In this document: piece after piece, positions 1 through 14,800 of the stretch
Layout: each line of letters begins with the position of its first letter
Numbering within the stretch: position 1 is the first letter of the stretch
Assembly (NCBI RefSeq): GCF_037042905.1
Contig: NC_087245.1
Location: forward strand, 8,432,001-8,496,000
Length of the DNA stretch: 64,000 nucleotides
Reading direction: 5' to 3'
Source: Lytechinus pictus
Lineage: Eukaryota
Notes under the pieces: generated by a model
Told to the model about the DNA's origin: nothing
Database searches by the model: none
Seen by the model: only the letters and a program-made list of their open reading frames with translations
Translations under genes and position numbers: made by a program

Positions 1-15
1 ATTTCAAACACCTAC

Positions 16-3000
16 CGAGTAATCCAAGATATTGGGCCATGGGTACAGGGTATTGATGTAAAGAGGATGAGTCCACCATTGTTTTCGACACCAGCTTTGG
101 ATAAAATCATATGTTTCGTCAGCGGGCGACACACTTCGGCCATCACCGAAATGGGGCCACCATAATGCCCAGATCCCCATGGCCGCCATGTAAACAGGAG
201 TGAGACGCCACCAGCGGTGAAAGTAAAACATGGCCCAACTTCCCGCGCTGCGCAGGACCTTCTTGTCAATAGCTATTAGCGTCATATAACCGACTAGAAA
301 TCCACTGAAAAGGAGTTGAGATATTTTTAGGGACATACTTTTAGGGATATATATCTAAAATATTCTATAAAGAAATAAATGACGGATGGTTATGTAAATT
401 CACTGTTTGGTTAATATTCGAGTAATTCGGGAATCATCGACAAATTCAGCGAAATGTGTATGTTATAAGTCCTAGAGCTGCAGGGAAGTTGAAGTTATGA
501 CACTTGAATTCCCATAAATTGAAACGTGAAAGCTTGATGATAAAGCACTTGATTCATAGATTGATCCATCCAATAGTGGCGAATATAAAAGTACTGTAGA
601 TTTTAAACTTTGCAAAATCTTATACTGCCTTCATGCTTTGGCTTACTCACTGACAAAAAGACACAGAATATTATCTTTCGTTGCTTTCTCGTTAATAACA
701 CGATAACTTGAAGAACTATTTTCTCAGTTTTTTTTATCAGGGGCCGCGGAATGGTTTTCAAAGTGGGGGGGGGGGGGCTGACCATGCAAAAAAATCACAA
801 TCGTATGGTCATTTTTGCGTTTTTGTACATGGTTTTGGAAAAAAAAGTGGGGAGAGGGGGTGAAGCCCCGACCCCCGCTTCCGCGGCCCCTGTTTTTTAT
901 GTGAATATTATGTTCATCTTAATATATGAATGAAGGATAAAGATTTTAAGATAATTCCCATAGGCCTATTCCTTTAGACCGAAGAAATTTGTTGGGGAAA
1001 GGGAGTCGTGATTTTAAAGACTAAATGCAATCGTAAAAGGCCTTACCTAAGAACAAAAAATGTGTCAACTGAAACACTACCAGTATAAAAGGCTCCAAAT
1101 GACATGTGGACTACAACGACGTCAATAGCCTGAAGAGGGTTACCTGTGTGGAATAGAAGGAAAGAGGGTGGATGAGAGTGTGTTCATACGTGAGGATCAT
1201 GGGAATATGCGTGGGTGGGTATAGGTGTGCGTTGTATAATGTGCGCGGATGTGAATTGATGTATGTTAAGCTGGTGATTACGAGATTATGAAAATAAGTA
1301 AATATACAATAATAATAATAATAACAATAGGCATTTATATAGCGCCATCTATCTAGAAATATTCTATTCCGAGGCGCGTTGTTATTATTATTATTAATCT
1401 ATACTGGTGTTTTTCCGTTGCAAGCATTTTCCATTATCCGTTCTCTGATTTTGCAGCGGTAAATTTTTGTACAAAATTGACTAGCATTGATGGGAAATAT
1501 AATTGCCACAAATATAATTTGTCCGCAACAGAATCATATTGGCCCAGGTTTTTAGACGATGGTACTGGATTCTTTAAATGACAATATATGAATTACACAT
1601 TATACAGCTGTAGGTAAATGATAATAATGACTGGCTCCTTTTTCGGGAACATCAAATGCATTACTTTTCAGAGAACCATATTGCCCTCGTCTAAGTATCG
1701 CGCCAAAATGATTCTGTTGTGGGCAATATACTTCATGTTCTCCTCAAGGCCAGTCAATGTTATAAAATACTCAAAAGAGAGACACATAGAGGCAGGAAAA
1801 AAGAGAAAGACTATCGGAAGGCGGAATATGACAAGGTACGACAACTTACCCGTACGATCCAAAGCCCAGAATTGCAAGGAATGGCCGAGCATGACCCAGC
1901 ATATGCTCAATACTCTCAGCCCGTTTAACACGGCCATGGTATTCTTCGTCTTCTTAGCAGAGAGAAGTTTCTTGCAGTTACTCACAAGGGAAAACGACAT
2001 CATGACAGCATTAAGAATAGCTGGGAAGTTTTTAAAAGTAATGAATGACAATAATCAAATGGGTTTGGGGGTTGACGTTGCAGCCACACTCTTTTCGGAG
2101 AAGGGACGAACGATATAGAAAATTGTACAACTTATTATAATAGGAATGATAGGAAATTCATGTCTCGTCACCAATCACTTTGCCGGAACTAGAATTTTCG
2201 ACCTCTTTCATGATTGTGATTCTCATGCCATAGAATGGCGTGCACAATATCGTAATCAAAAGAACATTTTCTAAAACTGCATTTCTGCTCTTTAGCGGAT
2301 TCAAGTCAGTATTTCTGGTTAAAACTCGCAGAACCCCAACCATAATTATATAAATGACATTTAAACCGTCTTTTATCTTGTTTCGTGTACAAAATAAACA
2401 ACTTGTGATTTTGTTTTTCATAACTTTCAAATGGTATTAATAGTTATTATGTCAAAACAGTCTTTATCTGTCAAATATCTTGGTAATAGCTAGTTTAAAA
2501 AGAAATAAAGTATAAGGTTAATGTGAATAAACGTAACGTGCTTCGCAAGATGTCGAGCCTACTTAAAACAAAAAGTAAATTTTGAAGTTTTGTGAGTAAT
2601 TGTTTAACTGATATTGGCTGGTAGATCAAATAGACAATTTTATTGCTCCTTACTTATCATCTCATAAATCTGAATAACGGATTGTCATACTTCGTACCCC
2701 ATTTCAGATTGCCCGTCTTTGTTTTCCTAGTCTTTCCTCTTTCCGCATCTTCTATTTCAAGGGACGCCTTCTTTACTTCTTCCGAATAAGGCGGAGGCTT
2801 TTCCTCATCTATCTGATAGCCGTCATTGATTTGAGGTCCTCCCTTGCAATCAATCTTCTCTGAAGAAATCTCTACTACATCCTTATCATCTCTACCATCA
2901 TCACCGTCAGCTGAAGAGGTAGCGACGTCGGATGAGTGATCGCCTTGAGACAATTCTTGCGAAGTATTCTCCTCTTGGCGGTCATGCTCTTGGTTCTCTG

Positions 3001-6000
3001 GACCTCTTATCTTCTCACGGACTAGTTTCTGGAGGAAGACTTCGTAGAAAGTTCCAATGCCAACCATCATCGCGAAGAAACCCATCAGAACTCTGATTAC
3101 AAAGAGAGAAATTCAAATAGAATGATTGAGAGAGAAAGATTAACTGTAATTGTGATTATTTGGTACATACCAATACCGTCATTTAAGAACTGTATGAATT
3201 ATTTGGCAACACTGAAAAACACATTATCAGCGACACTTTTATCGGTAATCACCATTATATCGTCAGTATTTTCATCATAACCAGGTATCATCTTCGTCAT
3301 GTAGCTACTCATCACGACTATAAAATTCGTAATTTCAAAACCATCATCGTGGTAATAGTACACCATTAACATCACCACCACCACCACCATCATCGCCATT
3401 TGTAATACCATTTCCATCACCACCATCATCGGTATCACCAGCGGGTCGAGGATATTTTGGGGGAGGGGGTTCGCCCCCCCCCCAAAAAAAAAGACCAAAA
3501 AAGAAAAACCCATCACCATCATTGGTAATATCACTGTCATCAATATCACCACCTAAGGTAACGACACCACTACGTGCCATTCACTTACGTAAACCAAATA
3601 TCCGCTGTGGTCCAAGGCCTTCGTTCTTGACAATCGAAATGCAGAAACGGTTCGACCTGAACAACCTCACTCCAAACTGTTGGGAAAGCAAGAGAAAATA
3701 AAGAATAAGGGTGTGTCACAAAAATAAACAATGATGATGATTCGAACAAGGATATAATAATGGTGATAGTGATAGGCAGATGTATAAATATCGTTATCTA
3801 CTGCCAATAATGCATTTTTCAGCAATTCTTATAATTACATAAATATTCCTCTCGAGTTGATAAAAATATGTAGGCCGACGAAGAAAAATCATCCAACTAC
3901 GATTGGTCAATGGAATATCAGAGTTGCCCAGACAAGGGCAAGACTGTAACTCAGAAAATTTCCGTTTGTCTTTAAGCTTGCTTTTTTTCTGCTAGACCCA
4001 TCGTGAAAAAGGAAACCCCTCCAAATAAAGCGACATCACATTATCTTCTAATATGAGTTGGTCTCCTATTACCCAAAATGATGATAGTAGACGTTCTTTT
4101 ACTTACAAAGTGATGAAAGGGAATTAACATCCATCTCTGAACAGCTGTCAGGCCAGCAACTTCCAAGTAGTATACTCTAGATAATCATTATAGAAATTAA
4201 AAAGAAAAGAAAAACTGGATGGAATTTGCATAAACTCCTAGAAAGGCTCATTTATTCTACTACGCTACCAATATCTTAAAATATACATAAATGTAATGAA
4301 GTCTCGTTATATGATTCCTCCAGGGAGAATGAACTAAATATGTTTCTTGGTGAACGTTTATAAATTACCACATAAAGAACCTCTAAAATCCCCAATCATC
4401 ACGCCAGTGAAAGCTTTGTAGGGAAGGAGTGACGCAGTGGCAGCACAAGGAGAGAGGGGGAGAAAAAGAACATTTTGAGAAGAAAAGAATGGGTATCTAA
4501 TTGATGCGAGCGCATCGCGAAAAAATGTTTATAGTCAGCACTTTCTATTTTCAATTAGTAACATGCAGAATGCGTATCTCTCTAAAACAGGGGCGTCGAT
4601 ACATTTTTCAGATTGGGGGGCAAAATCATGGATCAACATTCCAAAGGCACCAATAAATATACTCACCGTGTTTATAACCTTGAACGGACAGTACTTTCCG
4701 TTAAATCGTGGAATATTAGAGGTTTCATTTTTCATCGTTGAAGTACAAACCCAGATGTTTCCAAGGTCTACCACATTACCAGAATATTGTGCATCGCGAG
4801 GGATTCTTCCCGAAGACTTCCTCACTGCAAACAAAATTTATCGCGGCAAAACAGTACTCAATAAATACATAAAATTATGTAAGGCTATTTTTAATGTTAA
4901 TTCGTTCCATTTATATCGATGTGTTACATTACATTCTACCATATCATCATATTATTATTATTACACAATCATTTAACTTTAACATATCATACTTCTCCGC
5001 ATATATGCATTTTTTTAGATCGGAAAGACAAAGAGAATGAAAGCAAGCAAATAGATAAAAGAACGATGTAGTAAAAAGCTACTAACTTCTGTCAGCATAA
5101 TAAACATAATCATTGCTGATGAGATCTGTGTAGTATTGGATGACGTCTTCCACGCAGGTCTCTGAAATCTGCCATTCGTCATCGTTTTCCCCTTCGAATA
5201 CGTAGACATGATCGTCTGAGACGATGCTCTTTGGGCGACGTGTTGCTCGATTGAGCAGCTTCTCTATCTCTGGCTGATTCGATCTTAGATACTTGGAAGA
5301 AAAATGAAAAAAGAGCGGGATTTCAAATACATGTAATTACAGATGATTTTCCGTGTTAAGAACGAAGTATTGTTAAAATTGCTATTGAAACATTTCGTTA
5401 ATTTGATCTCGTGTATAATTTCAGATGTATACGATAAAAATTATTGCTGGTGCACTAATAAATTCCTTGATATTTTTTAAAATTTTACACGATTATTTTT
5501 TTTTTATCGGAACATCGTTGTCAAGCTCATAGAGGTTATGATGCTCCACTTATGTATATATATATAATATGAATGATTATACTAATATGAACATTATGTA
5601 ATGTTGAAAATGATGTATATATATATATGAATAAAATCAAATCAAATTTGCTGAAGAGTACGTCTTCTTAGGCCTTTACTTCGTGAGAGTACATATTTTG
5701 AACTAAATAATGTTTAAACTTCAACCAACCGTACCAATTATTTGGGTATTGCTATCAGCCACTCCTGTGGACTTTCTCAAGCCAACTGATTGTTAAAGTT
5801 GGTTAAAATTCAAATATTAATTTATCACCACAAACCGATGAACGTTTTCTGTATATTTAGATGTGTTCGATATTGAAAGTTTTCTTACCTCAATTAATAT
5901 CTGGTCATCGTTCATCGATGAAAGAGCTTTGTCGTAGCCGAAACCTCTTGTTACTAGTATCTCCTTAAACTTGCTTAAGTCAGTTTGTCCTAAAATGACC

Positions 6001-6396
6001 AGTAATTCAATACGAATTTGTTAACTTTTTATTAAGTATCCTGCTTTGTAACAAAAATATAAAACAATATTTTTGTTTTTACATGTCCCTCTACTTCTCA
6101 AATGTAATACACACTGTTAAATGATAAGACGTAAGTGTGCTGACACTCAATTAATTACTTGATCTAATAGCTTTTATTCTGTGAGAAATAATCATTAAAA
6201 CGTATTATTGATTGATTTGAATTTTGGCCCCAGCATGAATTCAAGTTTATTTCTACTGATATTGAGAAATATACCTACCTCGTTCCCAGGATCGTCGAAT
6301 TTTTTCTACTTCAGGACTTGGTTGTCCAATAGCAGATCCTACGAGAATACCAATCACCAACGTGAAGGCAATGGAATATCGGTGATGAATCGACAT
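16..6396 (-). CDS. nrf-6: nrf-6/OACYL-like membrane O-acyltransferase (NRF domain + acyltransferase-3), paralog A; exons 1-10, 3' end beyond the left edge
   Basis: Phase-consistent GT-AG exons: 6279-6396 (MSIHHRYSIAFTLVIGILVGSAIGQPSPE, signal peptide-like), 5889-5989, 5087-5291, 4667-4824 (SSGRIPR...DLGNIWVC...GKYC), 4107-4176 (GSCWPDSCS), 3589-3676, 2698-3092, 1850-2020 (LNGLRVLSICWVMLGH), 1047-1143 (SVDTFFVLS), 16-304 (GFLV...FYFHRWWRLTPVY). These motifs are typical of NRF-6/acyltransferase-3 proteins. The symbol denotes the family, not proven orthology. Confidence 0.92.
738..892. mobile_element. hAT-like MITE
   Basis: TIR caggggccgcggaa / ttccgcggcccctg; 8-bp direct repeat ttttttat on both sides (low complexity). 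Confidence 0.7.
1308..1397 (-). repeat. Short 3'-tail fragment of an L2-type SINE/LINE
   Basis: Minus strand ggcgctatataaatgcctattg + (TAT)n, similar to the tails at 18905-18960 and 20992-21029. Confidence 0.5.
3280..3560. repeat. Degenerate (CAT/CAC)n low-complexity tract
   Basis: Visible caccaccaccatcatc runs; explains the spurious ORFs 3199-3552 and 3344-3580. Confidence 0.75.
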
Positions 6397-8046
6397 TATT
6401 GCCTTTGGCCAGAATCATAAAACACTTTGAAACAAATTATCAAGGATAACCTCCGCTCCTTACATGTCACTATTCCACAACACTCTTTGAGAAAATATAA
6501 AGTCCATTTGATTCTTCGTTACATAAGATAAATATAATTATTTCATCGGTGATTCCCTATATTGGCTCGTCCAGAACCGCAGTGGGATAGCTCGTGACAA
6601 TCTCAACTTTTTGCGTAACATGAGAAAACATTACAGGCGACCTTAATCCGATGCAAAACAGATTGATTTTGTTGACTCTTAGATAGTTAGATAATACAGA
6701 ACAGGGAGTGGTCTATAGATACAAACGAAACCATTGAATTCACATCGGAGTCGTAAACTTTGAAAGAAAACAGTAAAATATATATTAGACAACTTTGAAA
6801 ACAATAATCTACTGACACGGTATTCAGCCTTATTGGGAATCTAATTAATTGGTGTCTATTAGTCTGTTTGTATTTTTCTCTTGAGCAGTAATTCAGCTGT
6901 GACGACTTGCTTTAAAATTATGATAATAAAAATAACTGAATATGAGACTCGTAATTCGTAGAAAATAATTTAATAGACAAGGCAGAAAACTGAGTCTCGC
7001 AAAGTTGGTAGAATGGCCAGTTCAGTCCCACTCTGGTTGATTTTGTAACATATGAAAATATGTATGAAACTAAAACAACTCGAAAGGTAACAGAATGCTA
7101 AATTTGTTTTGTTTATATAAATCTCATGTTTACCTCTCATAAGAGAGTGTGTGATAGGGATGTGTGTGTGTGTGTGTGTGTGAGGACGGGATGGCGGATG
7201 ATAGATGGATGGGATAAAGGATAGAGGTATGAGGCAATTTTTAATTCAACAGTTGGCATGTTTGATCTATCTCTTAATGTTATCTTTAAGGGAGGATGAC
7301 ATTGATCTTTTACCCGTAATAAAATAGTTCATTGAAGGGGCGAACCTATATGACGTCATTTTTTTGAATGGCGTTTTAATCTTTATTACACATCCGTGAT
7401 ATCTGGCATCATTGGAACTTTGCAAATACAGTGTATTTGGTGTTCGTGTGACCTTTCCAGGATTTTGACTTTGAGAGTCGTCTATATTTTAAACATAATA
7501 ATGTAGACACCAAAGAATGAAAAATTATAACAACTGTATATTTTAGCACTGATCTTGACAGATATTTTATATTGCATCTGAATCTGATAAAAAAAATTTA
7601 GAAAAGGTATTCAGAATAAATGCCGTTGCAATCGCGATCACTTCACATTGGATTTCATTAACAGTTTTCTACAGTTGACGTTTAAGATACCCGGGTGAAA
7701 TAAAGAACATCAGTCACAAATCTTATATTTATAATTTAACTGGTCAAATTGAACTAATAGGATGACGTACAAAATCTTCAAGGTTGTGAGGTGTAAGATA
7801 ACCTCCAATATCTCTTCATTTTTAATAAGCAAAGTGAGTTAGCAAAATTACTAAATTTTGTATTGAATAATGGATTTTTACAGAATTCAATATCCTAATT
7901 CCATATATTCACTGACGTTATGTGTAAAGAACGGAATTCTGCCAGGCATTAAAAATGGCATATTTCTCCATCAAAGTACTCTATGGTTACCATTTCCACA
8001 TAAAATCTAATATCTGATTTCATTCATGAGGCAAACTGGACACATA

Positions 8047-8312
8047 GGCCCGTATTTTGAACTTGGGTTTAAATTAAACTCTGGTTTAAAATTGTGGTTT
8101 AACTATGGATAGCAAATTGTGGTACAAATCAAATCATTCACAACACTCAGGGAATGATAACGGAAGTACTTTTCTTCATCATGAGTGCAAGGGTAGTTAA
8201 ATATTACATACAAAAATATATGATATAAACATTTTTTTTCCGGCTTTCCATAATTTTAGCACAGAGTTAGACAGTTGGCTAAGTTGGCTAACCCGAATTC
8301 AGAATACGGGCC
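8047..8312. mobile_element. PIF/Harbinger-like MITE
   Basis: TIR ggcccgtattttgaa / ttcagaatacgggcc; 3-bp flanking duplication ata. Confidence 0.7.
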
Positions 8313-8861
8313 ATACACACAAAATATAATACAAATTCATATCGTGTCAAGTAATTAAAGCACCAACAGGATTTGATACAGGGTAAAATAGGTGAAGATG
8401 TATGTTTGTATTTACTTGTGTGTGTATGTGTAAGGGTGCGTGAGGGTGTGTGTGTTGGGGGGGTTTCAGTCATCAGAAGTCCTTGATTAGTTTCTAACTT
8501 TCATTCCACCAGACTTACGTCCTTACATTAGGGAATCTGAACTATCGCTTCAATCTCTTGTACAAAACGTTTACCATCACAAATCATACACTCAGATCGG
8601 CACAGTGCAATCGTTGGCATTAAAAAATATGGTAATAGAAACTTCCAGTATTCTCCGGTTATACAAATCATGCAACAGGCTACTGGTATTTTACAATTTC
8701 TGATAGTGATTTTACTGGCCTATCAGTAATTAAATGTGTAAGCATATCATCCACGAATACCGATATATATCTCTCTCTCTTTCGCACACGCACAGCACAC
8801 ACCCGCGCGCACACATACAAACGCACATACACTCCCACACCCTCTTTTCTCTCTCTTTGAG

Positions 8862-11800
8862 CTATGATCCATCGATCGATCTCCTCTTAAACTTTCCGAA
8901 CATGACTTTTTCGAGTCCCATGAAGGGTCCTTCCACAAGGAGAGAGAGGATGAGAGCAGCTACGCTAGAGAACATCACGTTACCAACATACAAGTATGAC
9001 TGTAGTAAGAGAGATGGAGAAAGGGGATTACTATAGAAATTAAAATGTAATATTCCTACATTCCAATGAACTGCTTAAATAATGTACAAAATGTAACTCT
9101 CTAAAAGGATTTTCATGTATATAGATATTAGCCCCCTTGTCACCATTATAAATTAAAAGAAATTTCGCCCTCCTACCTTAGTCATGGAATTACAAATCCT
9201 AAAGAAGCGCTATTGGCAAAAACGTCAACTTAAAATCCTGTACATCTGACATGCCTATGTTGATTTATTTGAGAACTAATCAATAATAATATTTGTATTC
9301 ATTTTATTGCGTTAAAGTGAATCTTAGTTTTAAAAAAATAAAAACTGTCAACATTGGGGTAAAACGCAATAGAAAGTTGTGTAATGATAAATTAATTGGT
9401 ATCAAACTAGTATCTTAAACATCCTGGGTACAAAAGGCTAGGTGTGATTCTCTGTATGCGTTTTAATACTTACTATCGTGACGTAAGTAAAATGGAAGAG
9501 TGTTTGTTGCGTCAGGATGACACTATACATAACAATGGGGTGGACCAGATAGATACAGTAACTCAGACGAGCAAGAGGTATCCAGAGAGTCCATTCCAAA
9601 AATACACCAACAGGACCTGCCATATTAGAGTAATTTTTTAAGAAGTCTAAATATCTGACAGAAATAAATATAGGCCTACAAAAATCATAGTAAAAATACT
9701 TCCTTGATCAAAGTGGTATAAAGTTTTAAACAAATATACTTCAATTGAAAAAAAGTTTAAAATTGTTCCTATACAGTGCGTATCAAATAAAAGTTTACAC
9801 TTAGAAAAAATCCTGTAAAATTATACATTCGTAATATCCTGAAGATTTGTCCACATTTTAACAATGGTACAGATCCATTTAAGCAAATGACGATACAACC
9901 GTCGAAAAATATTTCCGTTTGAGTGAGCATCACTTACTTTTGAAAAGTTAGTGAATAATCATTTGCGCAGAACTTTGAAACAGTTATGCGAATAAAAATA
10001 GACCTTAATCATGATGAACACGTGGAATTTAGCTATTAAAATTGATTTGAAGATACATTTTACATTTTTTAACTTGTTTCCTTGTCAAAAACACTTCGAA
10101 GAGTGTATTGCACCCCACCCCACTCCCCCCACACACCGAGGTCATCGTGACGATATTTGCTTTACACTGACCTGTGATTTACATGAAATGGCTTAGGCTT
10201 GATTTTCATTTTGTAAATTATTGTAAAGCTTGGGAAAAGTGTGAAAAACAAGTATTAAATGAAAAATGAAATGTGAATCCACTTTAAATGATAAAAACTG
10301 CTTAAAAAAAATGCTGGAGATGTCTGACATAAACGTTTGTTCAGAATCAGTTATGTCCTCAGATCCAGCTGGCACAAAAAGGGGTAAAGGTTGTGCTAAC
10401 TAAGTGTTAAAATTTCAATTTGGGTGGCAAAATTGTTACAAAATGCTTGAATGTATCCGTTTTATTTCAATTGACTAAAATTGCAAGGGAAATGTATGAG
10501 AAATGTTTTGCAGGGAAAGTTTGACTTCGCCCTTTTCCCTTGACACAGCGTGAAAACGAGCAATTCTGCGCAAACAGATTTCTGCGAGCTTTACAAAAAT
10601 GGACAGTGCTCACTCAAGTGTAACATTCTGTCAAAACTTTTACTTTCATTGGATAGATGAGACCCAAAGCCAAGATTATATGTAAAAAATTACCCACATG
10701 TTGTATATTTTTTAATTTCCAGGGCTTTTTCAAAGTGTAAACTTTTTTTTGATACGCACTATATATAGGACAACTTTCCAGCATCTCCCGCGTGCAGCCT
10801 CTGAACGACGAAGATTGTTGATTGTCAGGGTTACATTCGTTATTCCGAAGGTTCATTATTCCGAAGGTTCGATTATTCCGAAGGTTCGTTATTCCGAAGG
10901 TTCGTTATTCCGAAGGTTCCTTAATCTGAAAACGAAATAAGGTTCGTTACTGTTTGTTTGTCACATGTGAATAACCTCCAGATAATGGGGATTTTTTTAG
11001 GAGAGGGGGTGTCATTTTAACAGCTTCTGCTGGTTATGATAACATAATGCCCGTAGGAAAAAATGCCCTTTTCAAAATGGAAAATGCCTTTTTAAAAAAG
11101 TGAAACGGGCCCTTTTTCGAAATTAAATACTCTTTTGAAGTACAAAATAATATATTTTAGATTAGAAAAACACTTTTTTTTTGCTCGCGCTTCGTTTTCG
11201 CATTATTCGATTGGTCAAATATGTATCCTTTTAATGAGTCACTAAATGTCGTCCTTAGCAGGTTCCGTTTCTGGTCAGTATAATAAAAATTCAGCTCGCG
11301 CTTTGCGCTCGCGTTAATTCTTTAGTTAGATACACATCATTTTCATGATTACAAGAACTGCTCGGAATGTTTAATTTTCATTTCTTATTGAAATGTCCAA
11401 CCAAAATTTGAGCTTGTGATTAGCGCTCGCAAAATCTCGCGATGATGCCCTATTAATAGTAGGTCCTAATTAGCCCCAAAATTGACCAACAAGCGAGTTT
11501 TAGAACTCCAGATTTGTTTTTTTTTCAAAACGCGTAAAAACCTAAATATACATGTATATCTTAAGATAATAATCATAAATCACTTCTAAAAGGCTTTCTA
11601 CAAAACACACAACCGTACTTCACGCAGATGATAATCTCCATCATGGTGAAAATATCACCAAAATGCCCAATTGGACACATAATTGCCCTTTTTTAGCTTG
11701 GTTCCCCCCGTGACAAAAATGCGTTCCACCGCGCCCCTGCCTTCCCATCCTCATAAAAATTGAACAGCAACAGTGTTTCTACCCCCCCCCCCCCCCTTCC

Positions 11801-14800
11801 CACTACGCTTGCCCTTCCGGTTTTCCCGGCATCGGCACATATTTTTTTTTCTTACATTTTTCGGATTACCGAATTTAACCTTCGGAAATCGGAATGACGA
11901 ACCTTATTTCGTTTTCGGATTAACGAACCTTCGGAATAATGCCACAAATGTTTGGATAAACGAACCCCTTTTCGTTCTCGGATTGACGAACATCGAGGTA
12001 GAGGCTATTCACGCGTTTCGGAATTACGAACCTTCGAAATAACGAACCTTCGGAATTACGAAGTGTATCCGATTGTCATACTAATACTGCGTCTGCATGT
12101 ACAAACATACCCGAAAGTAGAATAGCATTTCACCCGCAAATGGGTCTAGCAATAATATGATAAAACAAACTCAGTACGTTAATAAATGCTACCGAAAAAT
12201 CTACAAAATAGCCCCTCCCGCCAGACAAATGCACATTCCATGCATGACTCGACAAATTACTTTCATTTGCCCAGGGGTTATTGAATAAGGAACACTGAAA
12301 AATATCTTTAGTAGCTATTTGCTACTGACACTTATTTTTGTGATATTTTTTAGGATCAATTTTGAATTAATTCCAAATAAAATTATACAACACTATAATA
12401 TCGGTGTCACTCTAAATTGTTCATGTTGTTATTTCTATTTTTTCAAGTAAAATGTAAGGTACGTTTACGTTTTAACGTGTTTGTATTAAACGAAGCAACT
12501 CTGATGACTGGGTGATCCGATCATTAGCAGCTTGATTTTTACTTCGAATAACAATAACTTTTATAAAATCAAAATTGAGTATCCAAATATCAAGAAACTT
12601 TCATACCTCCATATCCCTGCAGACATGCGAAAATAATCCAACAGATTGCCACGCCCCAACCGATGCGAGAAAACGTCAAATATATGACTGATTCGATTTG
12701 AGGTACGTAGCGGTCAGAATTACCAGACCACGTCCCATAGACAACGGCAAATAGGGAAGCAAGGGTGAGAATCCATCCAGTCACTACAAGATACTGGAAA
12801 TTTTTTTTTTTTTTTACTTCTATAACTACTCACATCGTGTTTGAATTTTCCTCATATGTTATGAAATGGAAAATACTATGTTGAGTTAAACAGGCAAACA
12901 ACACTTCTGAAAATGAACAAGTCAACAGCGAGGCAATACCTGATGAGTTTTGGCGACTTTCTCGAGTGGTTTATGACCACATTTCATATATCTGAGGTGT
13001 ATGTAAAAGGTCAAGTCCATCCCAGAAAAATGTAGATTTGAATATGTAGAGAAAAATCAAACTAGAATAACGCTGAAAATTTCATCAAAATCGGATGTAA
13101 AATAAGAAAGATATGACATTTTAAAGTTTCGTTTATTTTTCACAAAACAGTGATATGCACAACCCATTGACATGCAATTGAGACAGTCGATGATGTCCCT
13201 CACTCACTATTTCTTTTGTTTTTTATTGTTTGAATTATACAATATTTCATTTTTTCTACAGATTTGACAATAAGGATCAACTTGACTAAACCATATAATA
13301 TTGAACAATGCTAATTCCACATGTTCAGGGAGGAATTTATCTTTGTTTCCCTTGACAATGGGGAGAAAATCAGAATATTTCATATTTCACATAATAAAAT
13401 ACGAGTGGATGACCCCATCAGTCTCCTCATTTGCATACCGACCCGGATGTGCATATAACTACTTTGTGAAATTAAGCGAAACTTTAAAATGTCATAACTT
13501 TCTTATTTTACATCCGATTTTGATGGAAGTTCCAGTGTTACGTTTGTTTGATTTTCTCTTTTTATTCAAATCAACTTTTTGTTGGGGTGGACTTGTCCTT
13601 TAACTAGACAGGGAATTGTAATAAAACTCAAACTCCTTGAATTAGAAACTGGACTTGAGATCACAATCACTTAGTTTGTAATATCATGAGCTTATCCAAC
13701 CCACATTCAGACACACACTCCATAGGCCATTGCATCGACGTATGATAAAAGGGACTCATTCAGATGCAATGGACCGCCGCTTTTGATAGTCTGATATTGT
13801 AACCATGCTAACCAAGCAGAAAAGAACATTCAGACTCGACAAAATGTCGCATGTCCATATGTCGTACAGCCCGACGACTCTATGAGGGTTTTTTTTTCTT
13901 TAAACTTCTTACGAGTGACTATATTTATATATACAAATCAAAGCAGACCTAATCATTTAAAAAAAAAAATGAGGGTGTGTACCACTTACCTTTGACAATT
14001 TTACTTTCTCGCCTTTCAGTTTAAAAATGAAATATCCCAATATTAATCCGGCTATATATGGAGGGATTCTCGTGTATGGTTTGGCGTAAATGACATCGGC
14101 ATCCGGTGGATCGGGTACGTGATTATTATAAGGACTGTAACCAAAGAAAAGCAATTGATAAAAGTTTTATTTGGCTAGAATGATTAAATAGTGCTGCTGA
14201 TATTTTGCACGCTGATGACTAAGCCATTAAATAATGGTAAATCGCGATAAAAAATATATGATTTCAAAAACTTGAGCATGTCGTCCACAGAATGACATGT
14301 GGATGACGATGAGGGTGTGTGAGGATGTGTGTGTGTTAAAAAGGATGGGTGGGTGAGTGGGTGGGTAGATGTAAGTGTATGTATATGTGTAGGGAGCTTC
14401 GATAATTTATTTCAATCACCAATAAAAGGTAAGGTAACTTACGGTTGGTCATTGATCGGATATCCGTAATACCAAGATACACTAAACAACGATCCGAGAG
14501 ACACCAACAACACGGTTGTAACAAGTGCCATACCTGCTTTGGAATTCCTTTATTATTCATTAGTGAGAAAAAGGATAAACATATGATTTGATTTGTTTGC
14601 AATTTACAAATCTCTCCTAATTAGATATTCATTTTCAACATTCCGATTTAATGAAACACACAATCTCGAAATGCAAAAGAGCTAGTCTAATCCCTAATCA
14701 CATTCCTCTCTGAGTGATATTATGGACCACTCCATTTTGAGTGAATTGTACATCCTTATAAAGTGCATTATAGCTCCTTCTGGAGTGAACTGAGCATCTT

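Noticed and set aside
1618-2118. Plus-strand ORFs overlapping exons (also 4563-4976, 18036-18290, 44028-44282, 51550-51807)
   Set aside because: Antisense shadows of real minus-strand exons.
10841-10920. Short regular repeats resembling a CRISPR array
   Set aside because: Units are directly tandem with no unique spacers, no cas genes, eukaryotic intron context, and inverted copies mark a transposon end.
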